From Trypanosoma brucei (Eukaryota), in NCBI GenBank assembly GCA_000002445.1, contig CP000069.1:352001-416000 (forward strand): 64,000 nucleotides of DNA. Reading direction: 5' to 3'. Made by a program: the position numbers and the translations under genes. The notes below the pieces were generated by a model. That model had not been told where the DNA came from. It saw only the letters and a list, made by a program, of their open reading frames with translations, and ran no database searches. Each line of letters begins with the position of its first letter. Position 1 is the stretch's first letter. This document shows positions 10,946-22,400 of the stretch, piece after piece.

Positions 10946-12467
10946 GTGATATATATTTTTTTCTTATATATTTATTTACTTATTAATTTTATTTTCTTCC
11001 TTTCCCTTTCGTGCCGTTTCCCCACCTCCTTCTTCGCGTTCCCACTCTACTTTTCCTTTTCCTTTATCCTCTTTTTTTTTTGAAAAAAAAACTACTGTTT
11101 CTCTTGTTGCGGTAACTTAACAAATGACATAGAATAGAACATGTAAACAACAAAAAAAAAAGCAGATAAACGAGACAAACACAAACCGAAAAAAGGAAGG
11201 AGAAAAATAAATGGGGAAAAAGTAAAGTAATGCGAGCCGTACACTTTACACTTTACACTCGCGACAGCACTGAACTAAATGATAGAATGAACTATAAAGT
11301 AATAATAAAAATTCATGTGATGCGCGACCGATGGCTCGTCAAACCGGAGGGGTGGTGGCGTGGCTGGAAGGTACGGAACCACACACGCATATATAAATAT
11401 ATATTGATGTGCAAGTAATTGCACACTTCTTCATTTACTGTCCTTCCTTTTTGTTTATTATTATTATTATTGTTTGAATTGATTTATTTCTCATCTCTCG
11501 TAATGCACCTAATGAAAGTAGCAGCTGCGTTTAATCATACCCAAGTGAATTTCTGTACAGAACCAAACACATATATACACCTATCTTATTATTGGGACTA
11601 TGATAATAACAGAAGAATCTAAAGAATATAGATGAAGAACAAAAGAACGAAGCGGATGAATTTGGTGAAAAGCCAACGATAAAAAGCACATATACGTTTT
11701 GCGTCATATCAAAACTCAAAAAAAAAAATAAACAAACAAACAACAACAACAAGAGTTGCGGTGGAGGAGTAAACACTAACGTTGGGAATAACAATTGGGG
11801 ATATTTCATGTTTATTTTCTCCCCCTTCATTCTTTTCTTCTTTTTTCCCCGTCCTTAACATTTTCATAATCGTCATTACTACCACCGTTATCAACATTAT
11901 CACTAGCGATGCTTCCCGTTTCCTCTCAAGGGAGGTGATGGAAAACATAAGTGAGAGGAGAGGAGGAAGATGATGGGAAAAAAAAGGAAGAAAGAAAGAA
12001 AAATCTCCTGCTGAGACGGGACAGGACGGGACGTAAAACACATAAAAAGGATTAAAACAAAAACAACAAAACACTCACATACGGAAGCGCATATATATAT
12101 ATATATATATATTTATTTATTTATTTATGTATTTATGTATGTATTTATTTATTTATTTCTCTCTTCTTACTTTTCTTTTTTCTTTTTTCCTTCCCCCCCC
12201 CTTTGCGGCTACAGTAAGAAACTGTTGAAGAGAACGCCAGCTATAACAACGATAAAAAATAGTAAGATACTACTACAACAGGTTTATGGAAAAATAAATA
12301 AATAAATAAAATACGACATAGTAAAAAACAAAAACAGCAACACGCGCATACAACACATAAATGAAAACAAAATATGTGAAACATTGACGCTAAAATAACA
12401 CATATGTGCATTACAACATTCCAAATATAACATGATGAATTGTATACGGCCTGTGCGAATAACATTT

Positions 12468-12503
<36 letters not shown>

Positions 12504-13932
12504 CATATATGTAAACAAAAAACATAAACGTAAATTTTTGTGCGGCACCACTTCGAGGTATTGAAAAAATAAAAAAAAAAGAGGTTGCGGTACTTTTTTG
12601 CGTGCATATGAGGAACTGAGAGGATCATATGAACAAAATAAATATTGAAGTCAAAAAAAAAAAAAAAGGAAAAAACAAACCCCCAAAAAAGGGGTGGTAA
12701 AAGAAAAGAAAATGTAGGAGAGCTCACATTAAATCAACATATCAGCTGCTGCTGCGTCCTCTTTTTCACTATAAATATTAAACATATATATATATATATA
12801 TATATATATACTAAACCCTCCCGTTACATTCATGCGTTTCTATTTGTTATATTTATTTTATTTATATTTATGTATTTTTTAATCTCCACACACGTGACGA
12901 AACGCATGTAAGGTTAAACCCGTGACGAACGATATAAATATAAAGTAAATGTGATGTACGTGGATCCGCAATCATGTTCTATGGAGGTTATTTAAAGTAC
13001 TAAAGCATGAAAAATAAACAACAACAACAACAACTCTAATAATAGTTAGAGCGAATATATGACCCAACATCGCATTCATTAAAAGAAAAAAAAAAACAGA
13101 TTCTTAAATAAATAAACATAAACAAAATCATGCAAACTAACACAAATAAGCATATAACACAAAAAAAAACATTTTGCGTGCGGCACATAAAAAGGTATGG
13201 AAAAAGGCGTGATAGAAAGTTCGTCTTTTTTTTTTTTTACATTTTTTTTTAAAAGTTAGCGGAGAGGAGGAAAGGAAGGCTGTCCACACGTACACACAAG
13301 TGAATATGACTCACATTTACTAAAAACAAAAAAAAAAACAAAGCAAAACAACCGACAAAAATGAGGAGGAAACAAAACAAAACGAGAAATCTCCTTTACC
13401 GTCTCCCATACACTTATCGAACAATTAATAAGCCCCCCTCCTCCCCCCCCCCACACACAAAAAAAAAAAGAAACGAAACGAAATGAAATGAAAACTCACA
13501 AATAGACATATTTGTGTACATCGTTGCGTTACAGCAGAAACAACAAAAGCATCAATATCGATAACATATGAACAACAATAAAAGTAATACACACATGCAT
13601 ACATACAAACACACAAACGAAAACAAAAAAAAACAACTAAAGAAATAAAAGAATTAAAGGAAAGAAAAAAAAAAAAAGAAAACAGGGCTGAGGAATGATT
13701 GGATTTGAATGACATTTGACGTTTGCGTGTGGGTTGTTGAGATGAATGTGCAGTTACAACATCCATGTGAAATGATGGTATGAAGGAGTCTGAACAATCA
13801 TCCCAACCGCAATGGAAGCAATGCACGTTTATGTATAAGTATATAATTTTATGTCGTTTGATTGATTCATTCATTCATTTTGTTAATTTCTTCTTCTTTT
13901 GTTCCTCTTCTCTTCTCTTTTCTTTTCATGTT

Positions 13933-13963
<31 letters not shown>

Positions 13964-14445
13964 CTTGCATTTAATAAACCCTTTAAACACCACCTTTTCA
14001 ACACAAAGCAAAACAACATATCGATTAAAAATAGGGCAAAAAAAAGTTCAAACGACAAAATAAAATAACACACACACACACACAAAAATAAAAGGAGGAA
14101 TACCGTTTTCTTTCATTATTTCTTGGCAGCCAATTGGACACATCACTTCTCGTTACGGTGGTGTAATATAAAAACAAGGGGCGAAAGGGGTTGAGAGAAA
14201 GTTATTAAACGACAAATAAACAAAACAAAAAAAAGAGCAAAAAGAAAAAAAACAAATACGAGGGGAAGAGCAACTAACAAAACAACCAGATAAAGTTAAA
14301 TGGCGGTACATGAATATTGTACATACGTGCATAAATAAATAAATATATATATATATATTTATATTTACATACGCGCGCCAACTCCCTTCGTATTGTACAC
14401 TTGTATACGGCACTTGAATAAAGGAAAAGAAGAGTCGTCATTCCT

Positions 14446-16782
14446 TCATGAACCGCCATTCTGTTGGTCTAATTGAAAGGCCGGCATCTGTAATTTCCCC
14501 CATTCCATTCCCTGATACACCTTCAGAAACAAATTCGATACATTATTCGATGAGGCCGATTGAATGGTGTCCGCACTGGCGCAAGAGGCCTCACTGTTGA
14601 GGCGGGCAAAGTTCAGCATCAACCCTGAGAAAAACGGAGGAGCATTATCGGGGTTCTGCGACAAGACGCCCTCGGAATTCTCCCGTCTTGTCGTCCACTC
14701 CAGTGGCTGCTCCTTCGTGTTATTCGCACTGCATTGAGCGGGTTGATTGCTGTACCGTTGATTAATGCTGTTGCTGTGACTTTCTATTCGTTCACGCGAG
14801 GCCGCGGCATCCACTGGTGAGTATAATCCCTTCAGGGCGTGAAAGTGGTGACTAGCGAGGCGTTTTGGTGTGAAGAGACTCGGGCTGCGGCCAGGTGGAA
14901 CGTTAGAACCAATATATGAAGATGCTGGAGTTAGTGGATGGGGAAATGGTAATGCTGCGTCGGGTCGCTCAACTACCGGTGAAATATTTTCACCGTTGCG
15001 GCCATAATCCAGCACAGAAAGTTCCTGTACATGCTGAAGTGGGTCAAAGGCATCTGAAACGATCGTGAAATTCATGGGACTTCGTACGACACGCGGGCGG
15101 CACACTGTTGGATGTTTGTCTTTTACATTCAGGCCAAACGCTTGCGCGCCGGTTAAACGTGTCATGCGACTGTCGAGTGACTGATTATCCATTCGAGAGA
15201 AGTCCGTAAGGCAAAGCACACCTCCCTGTAACTCCGAATATGCACGTTGAAGGCTATCTCGACTATCTCTAAGCATATCCAGTGCTCCTTGATCGTTTCC
15301 CAACCCATTCCACTCGTATAGCGCGGCTGAGGATAGGCTAGGGGAGTCATTTTCATTTCCCCTAAGTATCGAAACAGAGGGAGAGCTCATTTCCATATCT
15401 GCACGTGGGGGCTCGTCCAGCCGACGTTGCTGCTTGAACTCTTTTTTCATCTGATTTGCTCGTTTGAGTCCTTTCGACCTTTTGCTTCTTGGGGGAGAAT
15501 TGATGTACTCTGGCGAAAGGGAAGTGGATGGTGATGGCAACAACAACTCACACCCCATTTGTGGAAGTAAGTGATCCGCGCCAACAAACATCATCGCTGT
15601 CATGGAGCGCCCAGTGGAGCCCAGTGTGAGTTCGGAGATTGAGATTAATCCCGTCGCTTCAAGCTCATCGTTCGAACATTCTCTCTCATCCTCAGCATTG
15701 TCTCTGGTTGCAGCGGGCACCAATCCATTCTTCGTATTCGCAGATGCTCGTGCGGACTCTCCTTTGGCTCTGCGACCGTCACACGCACATGCACACGCGC
15801 ATGTAATCGGCTGCTCTCTGAAGGACACTGTTCCGTGAGGATTAGCCGTAGATGGAGGTACCAGTACAAATGTAGAGGCTTCCCTGTACAATTCACTCGT
15901 GAATCTCCTTGATCTGCCTCCTGTGTCATTGAGAACGTTCACACTCGTACAGCAGTTATCTTTGGATACCCCGCTCGCGCTGGTATTGGGAGGCGTTTGA
16001 CTCAGAATTTCACTGTTGCTATTTCTTCTTGTGTTGGGACGGGATGAGGTTGTGTGGCACCGCAAACAAGTCGAGTTCTCCTTCCGCTCCTCATGATATA
16101 TTTCCCCTGCTTCGCTGTTGCAGTCACATCCATTCGTGCATTCCTGATACCGTCGGTCCACCTCCACAGCGCAACGATGCAAGCGGTTGCTATTCTTCCT
16201 GCATGCTGGAATGGAAATAGCACTGTTGCTTCTACCATGATTTATTTTACAGCCGCTGTAGCAGCGCTCAACTCGTTTTGGCGCGACCCTCTTAACAACT
16301 GTGGAGGAGCGAGTTCGTCCTGTACGGCACTTTCGAATGCTCCTCGCAGCGGTAAATTTCGGTAACATCATTCCTGAAAAGCACAAGTCCCTGCCCCCAT
16401 CAAATATCGGGGTGGGCATTACATCATCGAGGTTGAGAGTGGATTCTGCCGTCTCCTGCTCCTGTTCCTGCAGTTGATCTTGTTGTGGTTGTGGTGGAGG
16501 CGAAACGGTGGTTCTCTTGCCATTTTTCTTCGTTGTGACAGTCCTCGTTCGTAACAGCCGGACTAATGGCGGACAGCGCGAGCCACTGTCATTTATTTCC
16601 TGCAGCAGATGGCTGTCTACTCGCCTTGTGTCGTGCCCAGGTTCTGTATCAATAATGTTGCTTTTATTATTGTTGCCGTTATTGTTATTGTTGACGTCAT
16701 TCCTGGAGCCTTCAGCTGAGCTGGAAGCGTAGGAGGATTGAATCTCCTTCTTAGAGCCCTCCACAGGGTTGTACATGTGCAT
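14446..16782 (-). CDS. hypothetical protein, 778 aa, Ser/Asn/Arg-rich with Cys/His-rich central segment
   Basis: ATG verified (atg cac atg at 16782-16774). It is a long minus-strand ORF in the same orientation as its neighbours. A central segment has multiple Cys/His (CYSGCKINHG...CRKNSNRLHRCAVEVDRRYQECTNGCDCNSEAGEIYHEE...CLRCH), possibly a zinc-binding module. I could not assign a family. Confidence 0.5.
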   Translation of the reverse strand: MHMYNPVEGSKKEIQSSYASSSAEGSRNDVNNNNNGNNNKSNIIDTEPGHDTRRVDSHLLQEINDSGSRCPPLVRLLRTRTVTTKKNGKRTTVSPPPQPQQDQLQEQEQETAESTLNLDDVMPTPIFDGGRDLCFSGMMLPKFTAARSIRKCRTGRTRSSTVVKRVAPKRVERCYSGCKINHGRSNSAISIPACRKNSNRLHRCAVEVDRRYQECTNGCDCNSEAGEIYHEERKENSTCLRCHTTSSRPNTRRNSNSEILSQTPPNTSASGVSKDNCCTSVNVLNDTGGRSRRFTSELYREASTFVLVPPSTANPHGTVSFREQPITCACACACDGRRAKGESARASANTKNGLVPAATRDNAEDERECSNDELEATGLISISELTLGSTGRSMTAMMFVGADHLLPQMGCELLLPSPSTSLSPEYINSPPRSKRSKGLKRANQMKKEFKQQRRLDEPPRADMEMSSPSVSILRGNENDSPSLSSAALYEWNGLGNDQGALDMLRDSRDSLQRAYSELQGGVLCLTDFSRMDNQSLDSRMTRLTGAQAFGLNVKDKHPTVCRPRVVRSPMNFTIVSDAFDPLQHVQELSVLDYGRNGENISPVVERPDAALPFPHPLTPASSYIGSNVPPGRSPSLFTPKRLASHHFHALKGLYSPVDAAASRERIESHSNSINQRYSNQPAQCSANNTKEQPLEWTTRRENSEGVLSQNPDNAPPFFSGLMLNFARLNSEASCASADTIQSASSNNVSNLFLKVYQGMEWGKLQMPAFQLDQQNGGS

Positions 16783-19364
16783 GGTTAATATTATTTACTT
16801 TTTTTCTTTGTTTTCAAAATTTCCCCCCTCCACGCCCAATTATTTCTTTCGCAGTGGCAACACGAACGAAATCGACAAACCTCTCCCCCTCCGAAAACAA
16901 AAACAAACAGTGCCGGCAACAGCACTATAAAGCGTGTCTCTGTTGCTTCCTTTCCACAGCACAAGGACCTCCTTGAGCGTACGTGCGACCTCAGTTGAGG
17001 ATTTGGTGATTAATGATAATAACAGAGGCAAAAATAAAAAAAAACAAAAAGCAACGAATGAAGCAAACACGAAAACTGAATTACCGCTAACTTTCTTTCT
17101 TTTTTCTTTTTGTAAGCGGTGTTGCTATTAATTCTGGTGCAGCTTGTTCTGAAGTCACACCACCACGAAAGAAAAAAAAGTAAAAGAGAATACCTCCTTG
17201 ATAAACCACCGCTGAAGAGTTTAGAAAACTCACAAAAAAAAAAGATAACGAACAAACGAACCCCCCTTTTTTTAAACAACAACAACAACAACACTTCTCC
17301 CTTGTCTGGTGACCTTTCACTTCACCTGTTGGTGTTGTTGTTTAATTTTTTTACCTTTAGTTATTGTGTGGTCACTCACCTCGAAGGAAGAATGACGTTT
17401 TTTTTTTCCCCCTCTCGTTTCCTTTTCCTTTTCCTCTTTCTTCCTTCGTTTTGTTCTCACAAAAAACTTCTCGATATATAAATATACAAGTACAAAAACT
17501 TAACACAAACTTTATGTAAGTCCTTTTTCTTCCTTTTCTTTTTATTTCTCTATATATTTGAAATATTTAAACACGCAAACACCAGCACCAACCACTGGGG
17601 AGAAACGGGCGACACGTCAGTGGCAGTAAATACACTAAGAATTAGAAGGAAACGGGGGAATTACAATAAATCAAATTCAACTCCCCTAGATGTATAATAT
17701 GTTTATATATAAATTTATATATGCGCGCCGTGCACTTCCAGATCAATCCCTCCCCCTTTTTTTTGTATATTCCTACTTACAAAATAACTTACACTTGTTC
17801 GTGCGCACAAACTCCAAAGGGTGGTGTGGAACTCAATATATAAATAAATATAAATATACAGACGGTATGTATATACGTGAGAAAGTAAATAAATATAAAT
17901 ATATATATATATATATTTACGTGTAGTGGAAAAGAAAAATAGGCAACAACGAGTTTGAAGGTTGTGTGTTGCACTGGGGCAGTACCTTATCTAATAGTGA
18001 GGTTTTTTTAAAAAAAATGAGAAAGAGTTAAGGAAAGAGATGAAAAAGAAATGTTGTGTTTGACATAAAGGATGTGTGGTTTTGAGAAGTAATTACACCA
18101 ACAGCAACTGACACATATACACAATTGAGTGAATAACAGCGGGTATTCCAACGACAGATACAGAAGGGCAGTGCCACTTCGTTGCCTGGTTTTCTGAATT
18201 TTTTTTTCCTTCTTTTTCTTTTTCTTTTTTTTAAAAATGCCCTTTTGTTTTTATTTTCATGCGGATTCTTATGAGTCCAGATATAATTATATACGAGGGG
18301 AGGGGATCATAGGAGGAAAGTGAAGCCTTTATTTCCCTCTCCGAATAAGCAAACAAACAATAATAACAGTAGTAGTAGTAATAATAATAATAATAATAAC
18401 ACAAAGAAAGAAAGATTAAAAACACACAACACACAAACACACACACGCAAAAAGAAAAAAAGAACGTTTCATGCGAGAACTGCGACAGCTGCTGATTGCT
18501 TCACTGCCATTTTATCCACTGGAACCAAAAACGACACGCGCAGACTATATACTAATTTAAAATAAATAAATATACATATCTCCCTTATTTGTCAGGCATA
18601 AAGGAAAAAAAAACATTGGATGGAAAGGAAGCGTTATCTCGAAGAAACAAACGAACAACAGCGACATCTGTGGAAGACTAAGAGTAGACAAAAAGGCAAA
18701 AAAAAAAGAAGAGAAAACCAGATACCCCCCCCCACGAAACTTCTTTATAACATATTGTGACAACGAAGCAAACAAAATAGAAGAGGAAAAAAAAAAGAAA
18801 ACCGTAGCTCCAGTGATAAAACTAATAAAAATAGAACCACCAAACGCCACTCCACCGTGGGATCTCACTTATCTCTATTTCTTTTTTTCTTTTTAAATGC
18901 CCTTTTAACGCTGCTCATGCAACATCATCACTGAAGATAAATACAAAACACATCTATCTCATGGCCCCTTTGCACGAGCGATTATTAGACCAACGCTCCT
19001 CTTTTTCCGTTCATCATCTGTTTCCCCTCCCTTTCTTCCTTCCTCATTTCAGTTCACTCCACTTGATTCTTTTTAACATGACTTTAGCTCTTGTTGTCCT
19101 TCCATCCTTTAGAAAGAAAAAAAATCCATGACTTCGTTTTCGCCTCAGAGTGACGAATCTACACAAACTGAGTTTTACAAATGCATCATGCATACGAGAC
19201 AAATTATGTATTCCCGCCGCCGGGCCCGCAGACATTGATAACAGCAACTAAATACAAAAGGAGGAGATAAGCTATCGGGTTGGGCATAGCAAGTCAGATA
19301 AGGGGACGAAACATAAAAACAAACAAACAAAAAAGGGAAATAAATGAGCAAGAAGGCTGCCTAG

Positions 19365-19383
19365 CTAACCCTAACCCTAACCA
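19365..19383. repeat. interstitial telomere-like repeat (CCCTAA x ~3; TTAGGG on minus strand)
   Basis: ctaaccctaaccctaacca lies ~55 nt 3' of the myotubularin-like gene stop. Confidence 0.7.
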
Positions 19384-19435
19384 TAATCAATAGAACGAAG
19401 GAGAGAATGAAAACATCTACATTTGAAACCCGCCG

Positions 19436-22400
19436 CTATATATCAAAGGCCTCCTCCAGTTCATCCAGAAGAGACTCGTATCCACCGTGTAGACGAGGCG
19501 CGGCTGGTTCCGGTGGTGTTACCGCAGGGGTTTGTTGTTGTGAGCGTCTCGCCTCCGTTCCAGTGCCGCTCGGCGAATTTATAGATCCTTCACCCAGCGA
19601 AGATGTGAGTGAAAATGGCCGCCCTACTCTGCTTTCCTCACCAGCTGGCGCGGCCTTCTGCTGCAAACTGCTCCATCGTTCATCCAAAAAGGGCAAACTT
19701 CGTGATTTGGTTAACTGTTGGCCGGGGTCCCGCTGACGCAGCGCACAGCTTTTACTTGCCCCACTGCTGCACTCACTACCCTCGAGCCTTCCACAGCTGT
19801 TATTACCACTGCGACGGCGACTGATCTGACCGCGTGCTGAATACGTGCTTTCACACAGAGCGGCATGTGAGAAGGAACGTCTGAGAAAGGGATCGCCCGC
19901 ACCCATGGGTACGGGACTATGATGCCCCGCTAATCTAGCGGGTGGCGTGAAGGCAGCACCTCCACCTCTATTCACTCCACAGTGTATGACCGGCTGGCTA
20001 CGCGTTATGCGCTGATTGGTTGTACAACCTGTAAATGGCTGTTGACCACTTTCAAGACCCTCTCGACCTTCGGCTGGGGAGCTGTGGCTGGCAGATGCAC
20101 ACGAACAACATTCCACTGGTCCCGCATTTGTCGCCGCTAACCGCTTCCCCTCGTCACTATGGCGTTGTTCGCTCTCCACCGCTAAGTGGAAATACCGCTG
20201 TGACGTTGATGAGAAGCTATCCCTTAGTGAAGCAACAGTGACCGCATGGTACGTAGATGGGCTCTGCTCACTAAACCTCCGCAGTCTCTGCGGTCTTTCG
20301 TAGCAGAAGCTATAACGCATAAAGAAACGCTCCCACAAGGTAATGCCATCTAGGGGAAGTGGATCGAGCAGAGGCCCAACACATTCCTTGTTGTCAGCCA
20401 ACGAGAAATGTGGGTTCAGCAGACCGGAGTACATGAGAGCATCACTCGAAATACATAAACGTCGTGGCTTACATAGTGAAGAAAACTTACCCACCGCCGG
20501 GCACCAGTTGGGAGTATAAATTGATGAACCGCCATAACCCACTTTGAAAAAGGATTGCAGGGGGATGGGATGAGAGCAAGGTGATGTGGTGGCTTCTGTA
20601 TCTACCGATGCGTTCGTCACTCTGTACTCCCCGTCATCATACGCCCTCCGCACGTCTATAGATGATTCTAGCGAAGTCAGCTGTTCCCCTTCTGTTGGAA
20701 TGGTTGTCGCGAGAACGAGAGCTATGAGTTGACTGAGCGAAAGTGTGTGTTTTTCCACCCCCCACCGCTTGATGTCAGCCTCACAATTCACCGCGAAGGT
20801 ACCTACGATGCCCGCGTTAAGGATGTCGACAATCAGAAGAAGAAAATTTTCCGTAAATTCGAAGCAGTGCGGGTAGATGCGAAGGAGCTGGTATACGGCA
20901 TCAATAAACTGTAGCATAATGGGTGAGTTCTGCTTTCCACCCAACAGAGTATGCGGTGAGCCACTGGGTGAGGAACTCTCCTTTTCGTCAAATGTGTCCC
21001 CGTTTCCGCCACCGTTGTTGCAGTTTCCACTACCTTCGGAAACGGCGCTGCTACCATTTTGTGTGTCCCACTGGCTCTTCTTTCCTGTAGCTGTGCACGT
21101 AGAGCGGGTGGCAAAAGGGTGACCAAAGGCAACAAACTCCTTCTCCACCAGTATGAGAAAGCCTTCTACCGTGCGGTAGTATGGGTCGAGGAGGAGTTGC
21201 GATAAAGCACAGACCTGCGGTGTACGGTCCCACCCATCGGAGCAGTTCACCATTACTAAACGCGCATCCTTCCGACTCTGCAGTGGCGTGTACGAGGGTA
21301 TCTGTTGTGATTCGGTGGGGAGCGGTGCAGCAGACTTCACACCACCAATGTTCCGACATACAGAGTGGAATGCTCTCATCCACATATACATGGTGGAGGA
21401 GGTGCCAACATCTGTTTTGGCCGGGAAAAGGGCATTTTCCTCCGATACACCAGCCACTAGACGAGCGGCATCCTCAGCGGTGCGCAGTAATCCACGGATG
21501 TGTTCCACCCATGCCATTTTGGCTTTGCCAAGCGGTTGGTTCTCTTGCGCTCGCAGTTGGGCGAGTGATGAGGTTGGTCCCCCCGCTTGGGTGTTCTGCC
21601 TCTTTGGAGCCGTAGCGCATTTCATCACGGCTGTGGGAAAGTTCGGATTGTGGGTAAATATTTCTTCACAGAGTGAATCATAACTTTCGCGTACATGGTG
21701 AATGTTCTCAAGTGAGCAGAAGCGTCTGTTTTCACCCAGCGAAAAGCCCCCTCCCACAAGCGTACTGCTTAACGCACGTATACCACTGCGGAGGTCAAAA
21801 ATGTGCACGGGACGCATGCAAGCGTTTCGGTACTCTTCCACAGGGTCAGTCAGTGCCTTTGCGGAAGCGGCCGATGCATAAAGCGCCGGTATAACAGCGG
21901 GCTGTGCGGCACGAACAAGCCCCGCTTCGCTCGCTGAATAATAAAATGAAAGTGCCTCCACACGCCCACGTCCACGAAGCCGTGCTGTGTGCAACAGCCT
22001 GTCGTCGTGTAGACTGTTCGGTACAACAAAACGCTCCGGATACGTTGTAAAGTGCTTGTGGTCTATGTTAATATCAGTTATTCTCCACTGCTTCAGGGGA
22101 ATATCCTGCCTTTCAAATTCCTCTGCCACAGAGTAAAGCCACCAATGGTGTGCTCGCCCTTGGGTACTATCTTCACACTCATACTCACATTCACGCTTAT
22201 CTCTTCTTTCCTCCTCTTTCTGCCCTCCTCGTTCCTCCAAATCGACAAATGCAGTGAGAATATTTCGGATAACCTGCAGATAAAACGGAGTGTATGGATT
22301 CGGTAGGACATCACCAGCTGTTAGCACTAAGCCGACCATACGCCAAGGTCGGCGAGCGCTGGCCAATAGTCGGTTTCCGTATGAGGATGTCATTGGCGCA

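Noticed and set aside
19044-19247. 67-aa minus-strand ORF (MLLSMSAGPAAGIHNLSRMHDAFVKL...) in the gap upstream of the myotubularin-like 3' end
   Set aside because: It is short, has no motifs and lacks a convincing upstream poly-Y/AG context. Nothing distinguishes it from random ORFs of this size.
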